A stretch of 64,000 nt of DNA from Myxococcales bacterium (GCA_043747615.1 JAYTOU010000086.1:1-64000), one strand, 5' to 3'. Positions 30,111 through 39,998 are shown, counted from the stretch's first letter. The notes: a model not told the origin generated them from the sequence alone. Numbers and translations are program-made.

Positions 30111-31235
30111 ATGCTGCTGGCGTCGCCACCACCTCCGAGTCATTCCTCCGCGGAAGCGCCAAATGATGCACGTTCGCACATGAGCTCCCATGCCGCGGAC
30201 GTCGCCAGTGCCGCCTTCCAGATGTTTGCCGAGGCGACCAAGGCCATGGTGGACGCCGACCTGCCGGCCTGGCTCAGTCCCCGTGCTTCGGAGGCGAGGC
30301 GCCATGCGGGTGATGCGGGGATTGTGGCCGACGCCGTTCAGGCCCTCGCGACTCGGGGCGGAAAGCGTGTCCGGGCCGTGCTTCTTCGGGCCACGTACGA
30401 GGCGTGCGGAGGCGCGTCGACGGTGGCCACCGCGCTCATCGCGATCGAGCTCCTCCAGACGTACCTCTTGATCCACGACGACTGGATGGACGACGACGAC
30501 GTGCGTCGCGGCGGTCCGAGCGTCCACGCCATGCTTCGTGAGCGCTTCGGATCGTCTCGCGACGGAGATGTCGCGGGTGTTCTCGCGGGGGACTATGCCG
30601 CCGCGCTCGCGCTCGAGGCGTTGAGCGAGACGCCCGTGGCCGCCGAGCGGGTGACGGAGGCCGTGCGGGAATTTGCGCGGATCCAGGCGAGCGTCATCAT
30701 CGGCCAGCTCATTGACGTTCGGGCCGCAGCCAAGGGCGCGCCGGGCGTCGAAGCGATGCACGACTTGAAGACCGGCAGCTACACGGTGCGTGGTCCCGTG
30801 GCTCTCGGAGCGATCCTCGCCGGCGCATCTCCCGACGTTCGCGCCGCGCTCGATGCATTTGCCCGGCCGCTCGGAGTAGCCTTCCAGCTGCGCGACGATC
30901 TGCTGGGCACCTTCGGCGATCCCGCAGCCACCGGGAAGCCGCGGGGCAGCGACATCCGACAAGGCAAGCGCACGTCGATCATCGCGGAGCTTGAGTCGAG
31001 CCCGCTCGCGCAGCCGCTCCTTGCGCGTGCGCACGGCGTTCGTGATGCCGCGGCGGGAGAGGTCGAGGCGCTCGTCGCATGCATGGTCTCGTCGGGCGCA
31101 AAAGCCCGCGTCGAAGCGCGCCTCGCGGTGCTCCTCAGTCAGGCGAGAGCGGCGCTCCTTAGTGCGGGCCTCGCAGCACCTCGCGTGCTCGTTCTCCAAG
31201 GGGCGATCGCGGCGCTCGGGGAGCGTGAGACGTGA
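30111..31235 (+). CDS. Short-chain polyprenyl diphosphate synthase (FPP/GGPP synthase)
   Basis: GGKRVR, FARM YLLIHDDWMD...RRG, GQLID, LKTGSY, SARM FQLRDD, DIRQGK; start uncertain (30111 or 30180). Confidence 0.92.
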   Translation: MLLASPPPPSHSSAEAPNDARSHMSSHAADVASAAFQMFAEATKAMVDADLPAWLSPRASEARRHAGDAGIVADAVQALATRGGKRVRAVLLRATYEACGGASTVATALIAIELLQTYLLIHDDWMDDDDVRRGGPSVHAMLRERFGSSRDGDVAGVLAGDYAAALALEALSETPVAAERVTEAVREFARIQASVIIGQLIDVRAAAKGAPGVEAMHDLKTGSYTVRGPVALGAILAGASPDVRAALDAFARPLGVAFQLRDDLLGTFGDPAATGKPRGSDIRQGKRTSIIAELESSPLAQPLLARAHGVRDAAAGEVEALVACMVSSGAKARVEARLAVLLSQARAALLSAGLAAPRVLVLQGAIAALGERET

Positions 31236-32206
31236 CCACGTCGGTGGGCCGCGCCTGCGGCAAAGTGATCTTGCTCGGCGAGCACGCCGTCGTCTTCGGC
31301 ATCCCCGCGATTGCCGTGGGGATCGATCGGGGAGCGTCCGCGGCCGCGGGTGACGCCGCAAGTCCGAGCCGTCTCGTCGTTCCAGAGTGGGAGCTCGATC
31401 TGGCCGAGGACGATGAGCACGAGCTCGCGCGCGCCTTTCGTGCTCTCCTCGCGGCGACCGGTCGACCGGGATCGGTCCGGGTCGAAGCGAGGGCCGACCT
31501 GCCCCCGGGCGGCGGTCTCGGATGCTCTGCGGCGCTCGGTGTGGCGATCGCGCGTGCCCTCGATCCTGCCGCCGACGCCGCCCTGACGGCGAGCCGGGCC
31601 ATGGCCTGGGAGCGTATCTTCCACGGCAATCCATCGGGGGTCGATGCCGCGGTCGCCGCCGGTGGAGGCTGCGTGCTCTTCCAAAAGGGCGAGGGCGAGC
31701 GGCCGAGCTTGATCGACCCGATTCACGCGCGCGGCGGCCTGTCGCTCGTCATTGGCCACACCGGTCTTGCGTCGAGCACCAAGCTGATGGTGGAGGCCGT
31801 TGCGCGCTTGCGCGAGCGTCGCCCCGACATCGTGAAGAAGACCTTCGAGGGGATCTACGTCCTCGTCAAAAATGCGCGTCTCGCCATCGAGGCTCGCGAT
31901 CACTTCGCGCTCGGGCGTCTCATGGATCTCAACCAGATGCTCCTCAGTGGCCTCTTTCTATCGACGCCCGAGATCGAACAGCTGTGCGATCTCGCGCGGA
32001 CCGCGGGCGCGCACGGAGCAAAGCTCACCGGAGCTGGCGGCGGAGGCAGCGTCGTAGCCCTGGTGCCAGGCGCTGCGGCCGGCGCTCGCGTCCTCGAAGC
32101 CTGGGAAAAAGCGGGATTTTCTGGCTTCACCACGCACGTCGCGGAGTCCGACACGGGGAGCCTGGCGGCCGCACACCTCGAAGCCGTCGAGGCGGCGGAG
32201 ACATGA
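31232..32206 (+). CDS. mvk: Mevalonate kinase
   Basis: GKVILLGEHAVVFG, LPPGGGLGCSAA, HGNPSGVD, AKLTGAGGGG. Confidence 0.94.
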   Translation: MTTSVGRACGKVILLGEHAVVFGIPAIAVGIDRGASAAAGDAASPSRLVVPEWELDLAEDDEHELARAFRALLAATGRPGSVRVEARADLPPGGGLGCSAALGVAIARALDPAADAALTASRAMAWERIFHGNPSGVDAAVAAGGGCVLFQKGEGERPSLIDPIHARGGLSLVIGHTGLASSTKLMVEAVARLRERRPDIVKKTFEGIYVLVKNARLAIEARDHFALGRLMDLNQMLLSGLFLSTPEIEQLCDLARTAGAHGAKLTGAGGGGSVVALVPGAAAGARVLEAWEKAGFSGFTTHVAESDTGSLAAAHLEAVEAAET

Positions 32207-33159
32207 CGCCACTTCGCGAAGCGACGGCGATCGCTCATCCGAACATCGCCCTCGCGAAGTACTGGGGAAAGATGGAAGGAGAGGGGAACGTGCCCGCGGT
32301 TCCGAGCCTCTCGGTCACCCTCGCGGGCATGCAGACGAAGACGCGCGTCCGCTTCTCGCCCACCCTCAAACGCGACGCGCTCTCCTTAAACGGTCGCGAG
32401 ACCGACGGGGAGCCGCTCGCGCGCGTGTCGGCGCTGCTCGATCGCGTCCGCGGCGAGGCGAAGCTGCAGGCGTTCGCCGAGGTCGAGAGCCGCAACGATT
32501 TTCCGACGGCAAGCGGTCTTGCTTCGAGCGCGTCGGGATTCGCCGCCCTCGCCCTCGCCGCAACGCGAGCCGCGGGGCTGGACTGGACCTCGGCCGCGGT
32601 CAGCGATCTTGCGCGGAGGAGCTCGGCAAGCGCAGCACGCAGCGTCTTCGGCGGTTTCGTCCAGCTCGAAGGCGCGGCATGCAGCGTCGTTGCCCCTGCA
32701 AATCAGCTCGATTTGCACGTTCTAGTGTGTGTGACCACCGAAGGACCGAAGGCCGTGGGCTCGACGTCGGCAATGAACGAGACACGCACCAAGAGCCCCT
32801 ACTACGCGGCGTGGCTCACGGAGGCCCCGCAGATTTTCGCGCACCTCCGCGACGCCCTCCTCGCGAAGGATTTCGCGTCGCTGGGAGCGCTCACCGAACG
32901 GAGCGCGTTCGCCATGCACGCCTGTGCGTTCGCGGCCGGCATCACGTTCTTCAATCAGGCGACCCTCGATGTCCTCGCGCACGTTCGCACTCTGCGCGCT
33001 TCCTCGATCGGCGCGTTTGCCACGATGGATGCCGGGCCTCACGTGAAGGTCCTCGTCCTCGGCGAAAATCACACGCGCGCTGAGCGCTCTCTCTCTGCCA
33101 TTCCGGGTGTGCTCCGCGTCCTACACACTCGGCCGGGCGAAGGCGCGCGCATCGTATGA
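32203..33159 (+). CDS. mvaD: Diphosphomevalonate decarboxylase
   Basis: HPNIALAKYWGK, NDFPTASGLASSASGFAAL, TMDAGPHVKV; ATGA overlap with mvk. Confidence 0.95.
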   Translation: MTPLREATAIAHPNIALAKYWGKMEGEGNVPAVPSLSVTLAGMQTKTRVRFSPTLKRDALSLNGRETDGEPLARVSALLDRVRGEAKLQAFAEVESRNDFPTASGLASSASGFAALALAATRAAGLDWTSAAVSDLARRSSASAARSVFGGFVQLEGAACSVVAPANQLDLHVLVCVTTEGPKAVGSTSAMNETRTKSPYYAAWLTEAPQIFAHLRDALLAKDFASLGALTERSAFAMHACAFAAGITFFNQATLDVLAHVRTLRASSIGAFATMDAGPHVKVLVLGENHTRAERSLSAIPGVLRVLHTRPGEGARIV

Positions 33160-34082
33160 AAACGGTCGTCGCTCCGGGAAAAATGGTGCTCACCGGCGCC
33201 TATGCCGTCCTCGAAGGCGCGCCGGCCATCGTCATCGCGGTTGATCGCTACGCAAAGGCCGACTCGTCGCGCGTCGCCGATCGTCCGAGCGCCGAGGTCG
33301 TCGACGCGCTTGGCGAGACCCCCGCGCCTTCGTGCGACGCGAGCGCTCTCTACCACGAAGGATCAAAGCTCGGCCTCGGCTCCAGCGCAGCGGTCCTCGT
33401 TGCTTCCCTTGGGGCCGACGCCGCCAAGCGAGGTCTCGATCCGAGCGATCCGGACGTACGCTCGAAAATTTTTCGCCGCGCAAGGGAGTCACACGCACGC
33501 GTGCAAGGCGGCGGAAGCGGCGTCGACATAGCGGCGAGCACGTACGGCGGCATCCTCCGCTACACGCTACACGCAAACCGCCCGTGGATCCTGGAGAGCG
33601 CGTTGCCCGAGGGGCTCGTCATCTCCGCATTTTTCAGCGGGAAAAGCGCGAGCACGAGCAATCTTCTCGGGCTCGTGGGCGAGCTCAAAGCGCGGGATCC
33701 GGAAGGGCATCAGCGGGTCTTCGCGAGCCTCGGTTACGCGGCGGAGCTCGCGGCCAAGCTGATGGATGGCGGATCGATTCGGGAGTTCGTGGGGGCGACG
33801 CGCGCGTTCCTCGAAGCGCTCGACGAGCTCGGTGAGATGGCCGAGGCTCCGATCGTTCCGCTTTCCTTCAAGCGCCTCGCGATCATCGCGTCCGAAGAAG
33901 AGGGCGTCTTCCTCCCGTCCGGCGCCGGCGGCGGTGACGTGGGCGTCTTTCTCGGACCGGCCTCGCCAAGCGAGAATTTCACGAGCCGCGCCAAGCTTCT
34001 TGGTATGCAGCCGCTCGCGATCGGAATCGATCGCCTCGGCCTACGCGTTTCCCCTGAGTCCGCTCCTTCCGACCTTAACTGA
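33156..34082 (+). CDS. Phosphomevalonate kinase (GHMP family)
   Basis: APGKMVLTGAYAVLEG, KLGLGSSAA, GSGVDIAAS, PSGAGGGD; position in the operon. Confidence 0.88.
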   Translation: MKTVVAPGKMVLTGAYAVLEGAPAIVIAVDRYAKADSSRVADRPSAEVVDALGETPAPSCDASALYHEGSKLGLGSSAAVLVASLGADAAKRGLDPSDPDVRSKIFRRARESHARVQGGGSGVDIAASTYGGILRYTLHANRPWILESALPEGLVISAFFSGKSASTSNLLGLVGELKARDPEGHQRVFASLGYAAELAAKLMDGGSIREFVGATRAFLEALDELGEMAEAPIVPLSFKRLAIIASEEEGVFLPSGAGGGDVGVFLGPASPSENFTSRAKLLGMQPLAIGIDRLGLRVSPESAPSDLN

Positions 34083-34101
34083 GAACCGAGGAATTTTTCC
34101 C

Positions 34102-35436
34102 ATGGCCAGAACATCTCGATTGCCCGGCTTTTACAAGATCACCGTCCTCGAGCGTCGCGCGCTCGTGAGCGACGTGACGGGCACCGACATGGCGGAGATG
34201 GAGCGTGCATTCGAAGGCGGAGGGCTCGACGCCGACACCGCAGACAAGTTCGTGGAGAACGTCCTCGGCACGTACGCGCTTCCGTATGGCGTCGCCCTCA
34301 ACGTGCGCGTCAATGGTCACGACTACGTGGTCCCTATGGTCGTCGAAGAGCCGAGCGTAGTCGCTGCGGCGTCGAACGCGGCAAAGATGGTGCGCGAGTG
34401 CGGCGGCTTCGTGGCGGAGATCGATTCCCCGCTGATGGTCAGCCAGATTCAGCTCACTCAGGTCGATGACGCGTTCGGGGCAGAGCAGCGAATCCTCGAG
34501 AAAAAGATGGAAATTCTGGCTCTCGCCGATCGTGCGATCCCGGGTCTCTTGGCTCGCGGCGGCGGGGCTCGCGAGCTCGAAGTGCGTCACCTCGGCACGC
34601 CCGAGGATCGCATGATGGTCGTTCACGTCACCGTCGACTGCCGCGACGCAATGGGTGCGAACCTCGTCAACGGCGTGGCCGAAGCCGTCGCCGATCGCCT
34701 GGCCGAGCTTGCTCACGGCAAGGTCGGACTTCGCATCCTCACCAACCTTTGCGACAAGCGGTGCGTGCGCATCTCCTGCCGAATACAGGCCTCTGCGTTG
34801 GCCACGGAGGACATGGACGGCGAAGCGGTGATCGACGGCATCGTCAATGCCTCGCGCTTTGCGGAGCTCGACCCTTACCGCGCGGCAACCCACAACAAGG
34901 GCATCATGAACGGCATCGACGCCGTAGTGATCGCCACCGGAAATGACTGGCGCGCAGTGGAAGCCGGTGCCCACGCCTTTGCGGCACGAAGCGGCCGCTA
35001 CTCGCCGCTCGCAACGTGGGCGCGCGAAGGAAGCGCCCTCATCGGAAAGCTCGAGCTACCCATGGCCCTCGGCACCGTCGGCGGCACGTTGCGCGTGCAT
35101 CCCGCGGCGCGGCTCTCTCTCCGGTTGCTCGGCGTGAAGAACGCGGGCGAGCTCGGGGCGATCGCCGCTTCGGTCGGTCTCGCGAACAATCTTTCGGCCG
35201 TCCGCGCCCTCGCCACGGACGGGATCCAGCGCGGCCACATGGGTCTCCACGCGCGCTCGGTCGCCGTCGCCGCGGGAGCAAGCGGCGGTCTCGTCGAGCG
35301 CGTCGCCGCGATGATCGTCGAAGCGCGGGACATCACGCTCGAAGCCGCACGACGCGCCCTCGAAGTGCTGAGCGCGCCCGGGTTCGATCCGGTGGTTCAG
35401 GCCGAAGCGCCCTCCAGCGATTCGCTCGAAGACTAG
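34102..35436 (+). CDS. mvaA: Hydroxymethylglutaryl-CoA reductase, class II
   Basis: ENVLG, EEPSVVAAAS, DAMGAN, THNKGIMNGIDAV, GNDWRAVEAG, GIQRGHMGLH. Confidence 0.95.
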   Translation: MARTSRLPGFYKITVLERRALVSDVTGTDMAEMERAFEGGGLDADTADKFVENVLGTYALPYGVALNVRVNGHDYVVPMVVEEPSVVAAASNAAKMVRECGGFVAEIDSPLMVSQIQLTQVDDAFGAEQRILEKKMEILALADRAIPGLLARGGGARELEVRHLGTPEDRMMVVHVTVDCRDAMGANLVNGVAEAVADRLAELAHGKVGLRILTNLCDKRCVRISCRIQASALATEDMDGEAVIDGIVNASRFAELDPYRAATHNKGIMNGIDAVVIATGNDWRAVEAGAHAFAARSGRYSPLATWAREGSALIGKLELPMALGTVGGTLRVHPAARLSLRLLGVKNAGELGAIAASVGLANNLSAVRALATDGIQRGHMGLHARSVAVAAGASGGLVERVAAMIVEARDITLEAARRALEVLSAPGFDPVVQAEAPSSDSLED

Positions 35437-35439
35437 CAA

Positions 35440-35994
35440 GTGATCATCCTCTACATCGCGGCGCTCGTTGCTTCAGGAGGAGCCGTCATGCTTCAGGTCC
35501 TCGCGGGACACGGCGACGTAGGCGGTGGTCACGACGCCGGGCCTACCCATGATGCCGACCACGATGCGGGGTTGTGGTCGCTCGTGGCGAGCGTGCGATT
35601 CTGGTCTTTCCTCTTCCTCGCGTTCGGCTTGGTCGGCACGCTCCTCACGCTCTTTCAGCTCGCGGGGCCGGCGGTCACCTTCGGGCTCGCGCTCGCCTCC
35701 GGCTTCGGCTCGGGAACGTTCGCGGTCACCGTCATTCGACGTCTTCTCACCCGGTCGGCATCGAGCAACGTCACGCGCGGCGAGGGCATCGTCGGTCGTA
35801 TGGGTCGCGTCATCGTGCCTCCGTCAGCCGAGCGGCGCGGTAAAATCCGGGTCGAAGTGAAGGGGTCCGTTGTCGACTACGTTGCGCGCTCCTCCGAGCT
35901 GCTCACCGAAGGCGACGCCGTAATCATCGAGGAATACGAGGACTCGGAGGTCGTGGTGAGCCGCGCTCCAACGGAGCTCAAACTCAAGGCTTGA
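35440..35994 (+). CDS. NfeD-like membrane protein (short form, C-terminal OB fold)
   Basis: About four TM segments, short His/Asp-rich loop, VGRMGRVIVP...GKIRV...VVV; directly upstream of SPFH genes. Confidence 0.82.
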   Translation: MIILYIAALVASGGAVMLQVLAGHGDVGGGHDAGPTHDADHDAGLWSLVASVRFWSFLFLAFGLVGTLLTLFQLAGPAVTFGLALASGFGSGTFAVTVIRRLLTRSASSNVTRGEGIVGRMGRVIVPPSAERRGKIRVEVKGSVVDYVARSSELLTEGDAVIIEEYEDSEVVVSRAPTELKLKA

Positions 35995-36023
35995 GCTGGA
36001 CAGGGTGGGTGTATCCTCCCGCG

Positions 36024-37340
36024 ATGGCACACCTCCTTGCGGCTCCTCCGCCCCAGCTCCCCGACATGGCGATCGACGTGGCCGACCTCACGATCGGCAT
36101 AGCAATCGCCGTCGGGGTCGTACTCGCGCTGATGCTGGTGACATTCATCATCTCGCGCTTCCTCTACATCTGTACTCCCGACGAGATCCTCATCTTCTCC
36201 GGACGGAAGCACAAAATGAAGGACGGCTCGGAGGCAGGCTTCAAGGTCCTGCACGGAGGTCGGGGGATCCGCATCCCGCTCCTCGAGACGGTGTCGCGCA
36301 TGGACGTGCGCCTCTTCGGGGTAGAGGTCTCCGTCGCCAACGCCTTCTCCAAAGGCGGAATTCCACTCGCGGTCCACGCCATCGCCAACGTGAAGATCTC
36401 CACCGACCCCGTCCACGTGCGTCAGGCAGTGGAACGTTTTCTCGGCGTCGATCCAGGGCAAATTCAAGTGGTCGCACGACAGACACTCGAAGGCGTGCTC
36501 CGCGAGGTCCTCAGCCAGCTCACCCCCGAAGAGGTGAACGAAGATCGTTTGAAGTTCGCCGACTCGCTCGTGAAAAACGCGAAGGACGACTTCGACAAGC
36601 TCGGGCTCGAGCTCGATGTGCTCAAAGTGCAGCACGTGGCCGACGAACAGAAGTACCTCGTCAACCTCGGTCGCGCTCAGATCGCGACCATGCTCCGCGA
36701 CGCGCAGAACGCTGAAAATCAGGCCGAACAAACGGTAAATGAGTCTCAGGCGAAGGCCCGCCAGCGCGCGGAGTCAGCGCAGCAGCAGGCCGAATCATTG
36801 GTCCTTCAGCGACGAAATAATTTTCGCGCGGAGATCGCCAAGCTCGAGGGTGAGGCCAAGGGCATCGAGAACGAAGCGGCCGTCGCCGCGGAGACCGCTC
36901 GAGCGCGCGCCGAGCAAGAGCTCCAGCGTCTACGCGCCGAGCTCGCAAAACTTTATTTGCACGTGGAGACGGTCCTCCCCGCCGAGGCCGCCGCGCTCGC
37001 CGCCGCAGCGAGGGCCCGCGGAGACGCCGCCCCGACGATCGAGAACGGACGAGCGACGGCCGAAGCGCTCGGAATCGTGGCCAGCGAGTGGGCCGCAGCG
37101 GGCCAACATGGTCGTGAGGTTTACGTCCTTCAGCAGCTCGACTCCATCGTCCTCGCCGCAGTGGAGCGCGTGAAGATGCTCGACGTCGCGATGCTCGAAG
37201 TGGTGGACGGTGGTGATGCCGAGAGCCTCAGCGCCGTTGCCGGTGCATTCCCGCACATGGTCGCCCGCGTGCTCCAAGAATCGAGCGCCATGCTCGGCGT
37301 CGACGTCGTCGGCCTCATCAATCCGAAAGGGGGTCGCTGA
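36024..37340 (+). CDS. Flotillin-like SPFH domain protein 1
   Basis: TM, PDEILIFSGR, AFSKGGIPL, ANVKI, TLEGVLREVLSQLTPEEVNEDR, Ala/Glu-rich coiled coil. Confidence 0.92.
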   Translation: MAHLLAAPPPQLPDMAIDVADLTIGIAIAVGVVLALMLVTFIISRFLYICTPDEILIFSGRKHKMKDGSEAGFKVLHGGRGIRIPLLETVSRMDVRLFGVEVSVANAFSKGGIPLAVHAIANVKISTDPVHVRQAVERFLGVDPGQIQVVARQTLEGVLREVLSQLTPEEVNEDRLKFADSLVKNAKDDFDKLGLELDVLKVQHVADEQKYLVNLGRAQIATMLRDAQNAENQAEQTVNESQAKARQRAESAQQQAESLVLQRRNNFRAEIAKLEGEAKGIENEAAVAAETARARAEQELQRLRAELAKLYLHVETVLPAEAAALAAAARARGDAAPTIENGRATAEALGIVASEWAAAGQHGREVYVLQQLDSIVLAAVERVKMLDVAMLEVVDGGDAESLSAVAGAFPHMVARVLQESSAMLGVDVVGLINPKGGR

Positions 37341-38599
37341 TGCCCATCTTCCTCGTGCTTCTCGGGACGGCGTTCGTCGTCTTCTTCGTTCTCAGCATGA
37401 TCGTTCGCAACCTGCTCTACGTGAGCACGCCGAACGAAGCGCTCATCTTTTCCGGCCGAAGCACCGAAGGAGACAACGACTACGGCTACCGTGTCGTGCG
37501 CGGAGGACGAAGTCTGCGCGTTCCGCTTCTCGAGCGCGTGAACAGACTCGACCTCACGATGTTCACGATCGACGTCGAAGTCAAAAACGCCTACTCGCGC
37601 GGAGGAATTCCTCTGAACGTCGTCGGCGTCGCGAACGTGAAGGTGGCCGGTGAGGAGCCCCTCCTGAACAACGCCATCGAGCGATTTCTTGACCGCACGC
37701 GGCCCGAGATCATGCGCATCGCCAAGGAGACGCTCGAGGGAAATCTTCGTGGCGTGCTCGCCCAGCTCACGCCCGAACAGGTGAACGAGGACAAAACGCG
37801 CTTTGCGCAGACGCTGATCGAAGAGGCGGAGCACGACATGCATCGCATGGGGCTCGCGCTCGAGACCCTCAAAATACAGAACGTGGCCGACGACGTGGGC
37901 TACCTGACGTCGATCGGGCGGATTCGGGGCTCCACTGTGCGGCAGTCTGCGGCAATCGCCGAAGCCAACGCGCAGGCCGACGCGGCCGTGCAGAAGGCCT
38001 CGAACACGATGAGCTCGGAGGTCGCGCGCATCGACGCCGACCTCGAGATTTCAAGGCAGCAGTACAAGAAGCGGATCGCCGATGCCACCTCGAAGAGGGT
38101 GGCGATGATCGCCGAAGCGGAAGGCCAAGTGCAGGCAGCCATCGTCCAGGTGAAGGCAGAGATCGAGCGGCAGGGCGCGCGAACGCTGCAAGTGCAACGG
38201 CAGCTCGACGCCGAGGTCGTCCAGCCCGCGGAGGCCGCACGAAAGGCCGCCGAAGAGCGCGCGCGCGGTCAGGCTGCGACCATCGTGGAACAGGGAAAAG
38301 CGCAGGCGACGGCGCTGAAGGCCTTGGTCGAGGAGTACAAAAAAGCAGGGGGCGCGGCGCGCGAGGTGCTCGTGTTCCAAAAGCTTTTGCCACTCGTCGG
38401 AGCCATCAGCGGGGGCGACAAGAAGGTCGTCATCCGCAAGCTGACCGTGCTTCCCGTCGAGCACGGGGATGGCTCGAGCGCGAGCTGGGCACGAAAGGCG
38501 ATCGCCACCGCGGAGCAGCTGCGCGCGGCCACGGGCATCGACGTTGGCGCGATGGCGAAGAAGCTCTCCGGCGTGCCTCTACCACCGAAGGTCGACTGA
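37340..38599 (+). CDS. Flotillin-like SPFH domain protein 2
   Basis: TM, PNEALIFSGR, AYSRGGIPL, ANVKV, TLEGNLRGVLAQLTPEQVNEDK, AEA repeats; TGATG overlap. Confidence 0.93.
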   Translation: MPIFLVLLGTAFVVFFVLSMIVRNLLYVSTPNEALIFSGRSTEGDNDYGYRVVRGGRSLRVPLLERVNRLDLTMFTIDVEVKNAYSRGGIPLNVVGVANVKVAGEEPLLNNAIERFLDRTRPEIMRIAKETLEGNLRGVLAQLTPEQVNEDKTRFAQTLIEEAEHDMHRMGLALETLKIQNVADDVGYLTSIGRIRGSTVRQSAAIAEANAQADAAVQKASNTMSSEVARIDADLEISRQQYKKRIADATSKRVAMIAEAEGQVQAAIVQVKAEIERQGARTLQVQRQLDAEVVQPAEAARKAAEERARGQAATIVEQGKAQATALKALVEEYKKAGGAAREVLVFQKLLPLVGAISGGDKKVVIRKLTVLPVEHGDGSSASWARKAIATAEQLRAATGIDVGAMAKKLSGVPLPPKVD

Positions 38600-38641
38600 A
38601 ACTGGTGACCGCGCAGCGCCTTTCGCGTACGTTTTTCGGCA

Positions 38642-39709
38642 GTGGCGCAGAAAAAGTCGAATGAGCCGGCCGATCTATCGGGCGCTCTTCATGATGTTTC
38701 GAACGCGCTCACCGTCCTGCTCGGGTGGGTTGGGGAGGCGCGCGCGCCTGGCGCCTCGGTCGAGTCCATCGCGTACGCGCTTCGGATCATCGAGGAGCGT
38801 GCACGGGCGGCCCGCGATCTGTCGCGCCGGGCGATCGGAGTGAGCCTTCCGGTCGCCGACACGCACGATCTCCTCGACCACACGCTCACCGAAACGCTGG
38901 ACGCGCTCGCCCTCGAGGCTCAGCGTGCGCAGATCGTCCTCCACTTCGAGAGTCAGTCCGGCACGGCGGCGCGTGTTCCGGCGGCGACCGATCTCTCCCA
39001 GATCGTCACCAACATGGTAATGAACGCGCTTGCCCACGCGCCCCGCGGGAGCACGATCGCGGTGACCGCGGAGACGTCGCCGATGGGCGTCAGCGTCGAC
39101 GTCGAGGACGAAGGGCCAGGCATCGCTCTCGAGCGCCACGCCTCTATTTTTGAAGGGGATTCAACGCGCGAAGGGGGCTCTGGTGTTGGCCTCCGTCATG
39201 CGCGCGCGCTCGCCCGATCCAACGGCGGTGACCTCGCCCTGATCCCCACGCCCGCCGGAGCATTCTTCCGTCTGAGTTGGCCACGCGTCGGCGTAATGCC
39301 CTCCGTGCCGCCGTCGGCTGCGCGCGTCCACACCTTGGAAGGGACGCGGGTACTCGTGCTCGAAGACGACGCCGACGTCACGATACTCTTGGAGACCGCC
39401 CTTGGCGCGCGCGGCGCACGGGTCACGGTCGCGCACGACGCTGCCGGCCTTGCCCTCGCGCTCGTCAAGGGGCCGTTCGACGCGGCGCTCATAGATCTGT
39501 CGCCGATCGCCGAGGATGTGGCGGGCAACGTGGCCGCTCTCGTCGCGACGTCCCCCGGCATCGCGCTCGTGTTCATCACCGGCACGGTCGACGCCCTCCC
39601 CGAAGTGATCTCGCCCGGCGGAGTGCGCTGGGTCAGGAAGCCCTTCGAGGTGAGAGAGGTCGTCGCCGCCCTGACGGAGACCCGGAAAAAAACCCCGCAC
39701 TTGACTTGA
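38642..39709 (+). CDS. Soluble hybrid histidine kinase/receiver lacking a sensor domain
   Basis: H-box LHDVSNAL, N-box NMVMNA, DEGPGI, GSGVGL; receiver VLEDD, LID, FITG, RKPF. Confidence 0.86.
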   Translation: MAQKKSNEPADLSGALHDVSNALTVLLGWVGEARAPGASVESIAYALRIIEERARAARDLSRRAIGVSLPVADTHDLLDHTLTETLDALALEAQRAQIVLHFESQSGTAARVPAATDLSQIVTNMVMNALAHAPRGSTIAVTAETSPMGVSVDVEDEGPGIALERHASIFEGDSTREGGSGVGLRHARALARSNGGDLALIPTPAGAFFRLSWPRVGVMPSVPPSAARVHTLEGTRVLVLEDDADVTILLETALGARGARVTVAHDAAGLALALVKGPFDAALIDLSPIAEDVAGNVAALVATSPGIALVFITGTVDALPEVISPGGVRWVRKPFEVREVVAALTETRKKTPHLT

Positions 39710-39743
39710 GCGCGGACATTCGGCTTAAGTGCGCGCCTCGTTC

Positions 39744-39827
39744 GCGAAGGTGGCGAAATTGGCAGACGCACTAGCTTGAGGTGCTAGCGCCGTAACTGGC
39801 ATAGGGGTTCAATTCCCCTCCTTCGCA
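39744..39827 (+). tRNA. tRNA-Leu(GAG)
   Basis: GCGAAGG...CCTTCGC-A acceptor stem, anticodon arm CTAGC-TTGAGGT-GCTAG, long variable arm, GGTTCAATTCC T-arm; followed by CTG, not CCA. Confidence 0.96.
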
Positions 39828-39843
39828 CTGTTACTCGTCACAG

Positions 39844-39891
39844 ACGGCCCCGGAAATGTCTTCACAGACGCTCCGGGGCCGTTTTTTATTT
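39844..39891 (+). terminator. Rho-independent terminator after tRNA-Leu
   Basis: ACGGCCCCGGA...TCCGGGGCCGT 11-bp stem (inner GTCT/AGAC stem) followed by TTTTTATTT. Confidence 0.8.
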
Positions 39892-39998
39892 CCGAGCTCC
39901 CCAGGTCCTCGATCCGCGATGACTCGCCGAGATGCAGGGTGGCGTGCGTGCGCGAGACCGACGGATGATCGAGAGCCACGTCGCACGTATGAGAGCGA

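Noticed and set aside
39828..39998. Genomic island or prophage attachment at tRNA-Leu or tRNA-Phe
   Set aside because: No integrase, no duplicated tRNA 3' end seen, and ordinary chromosomal genes flank both tRNAs.
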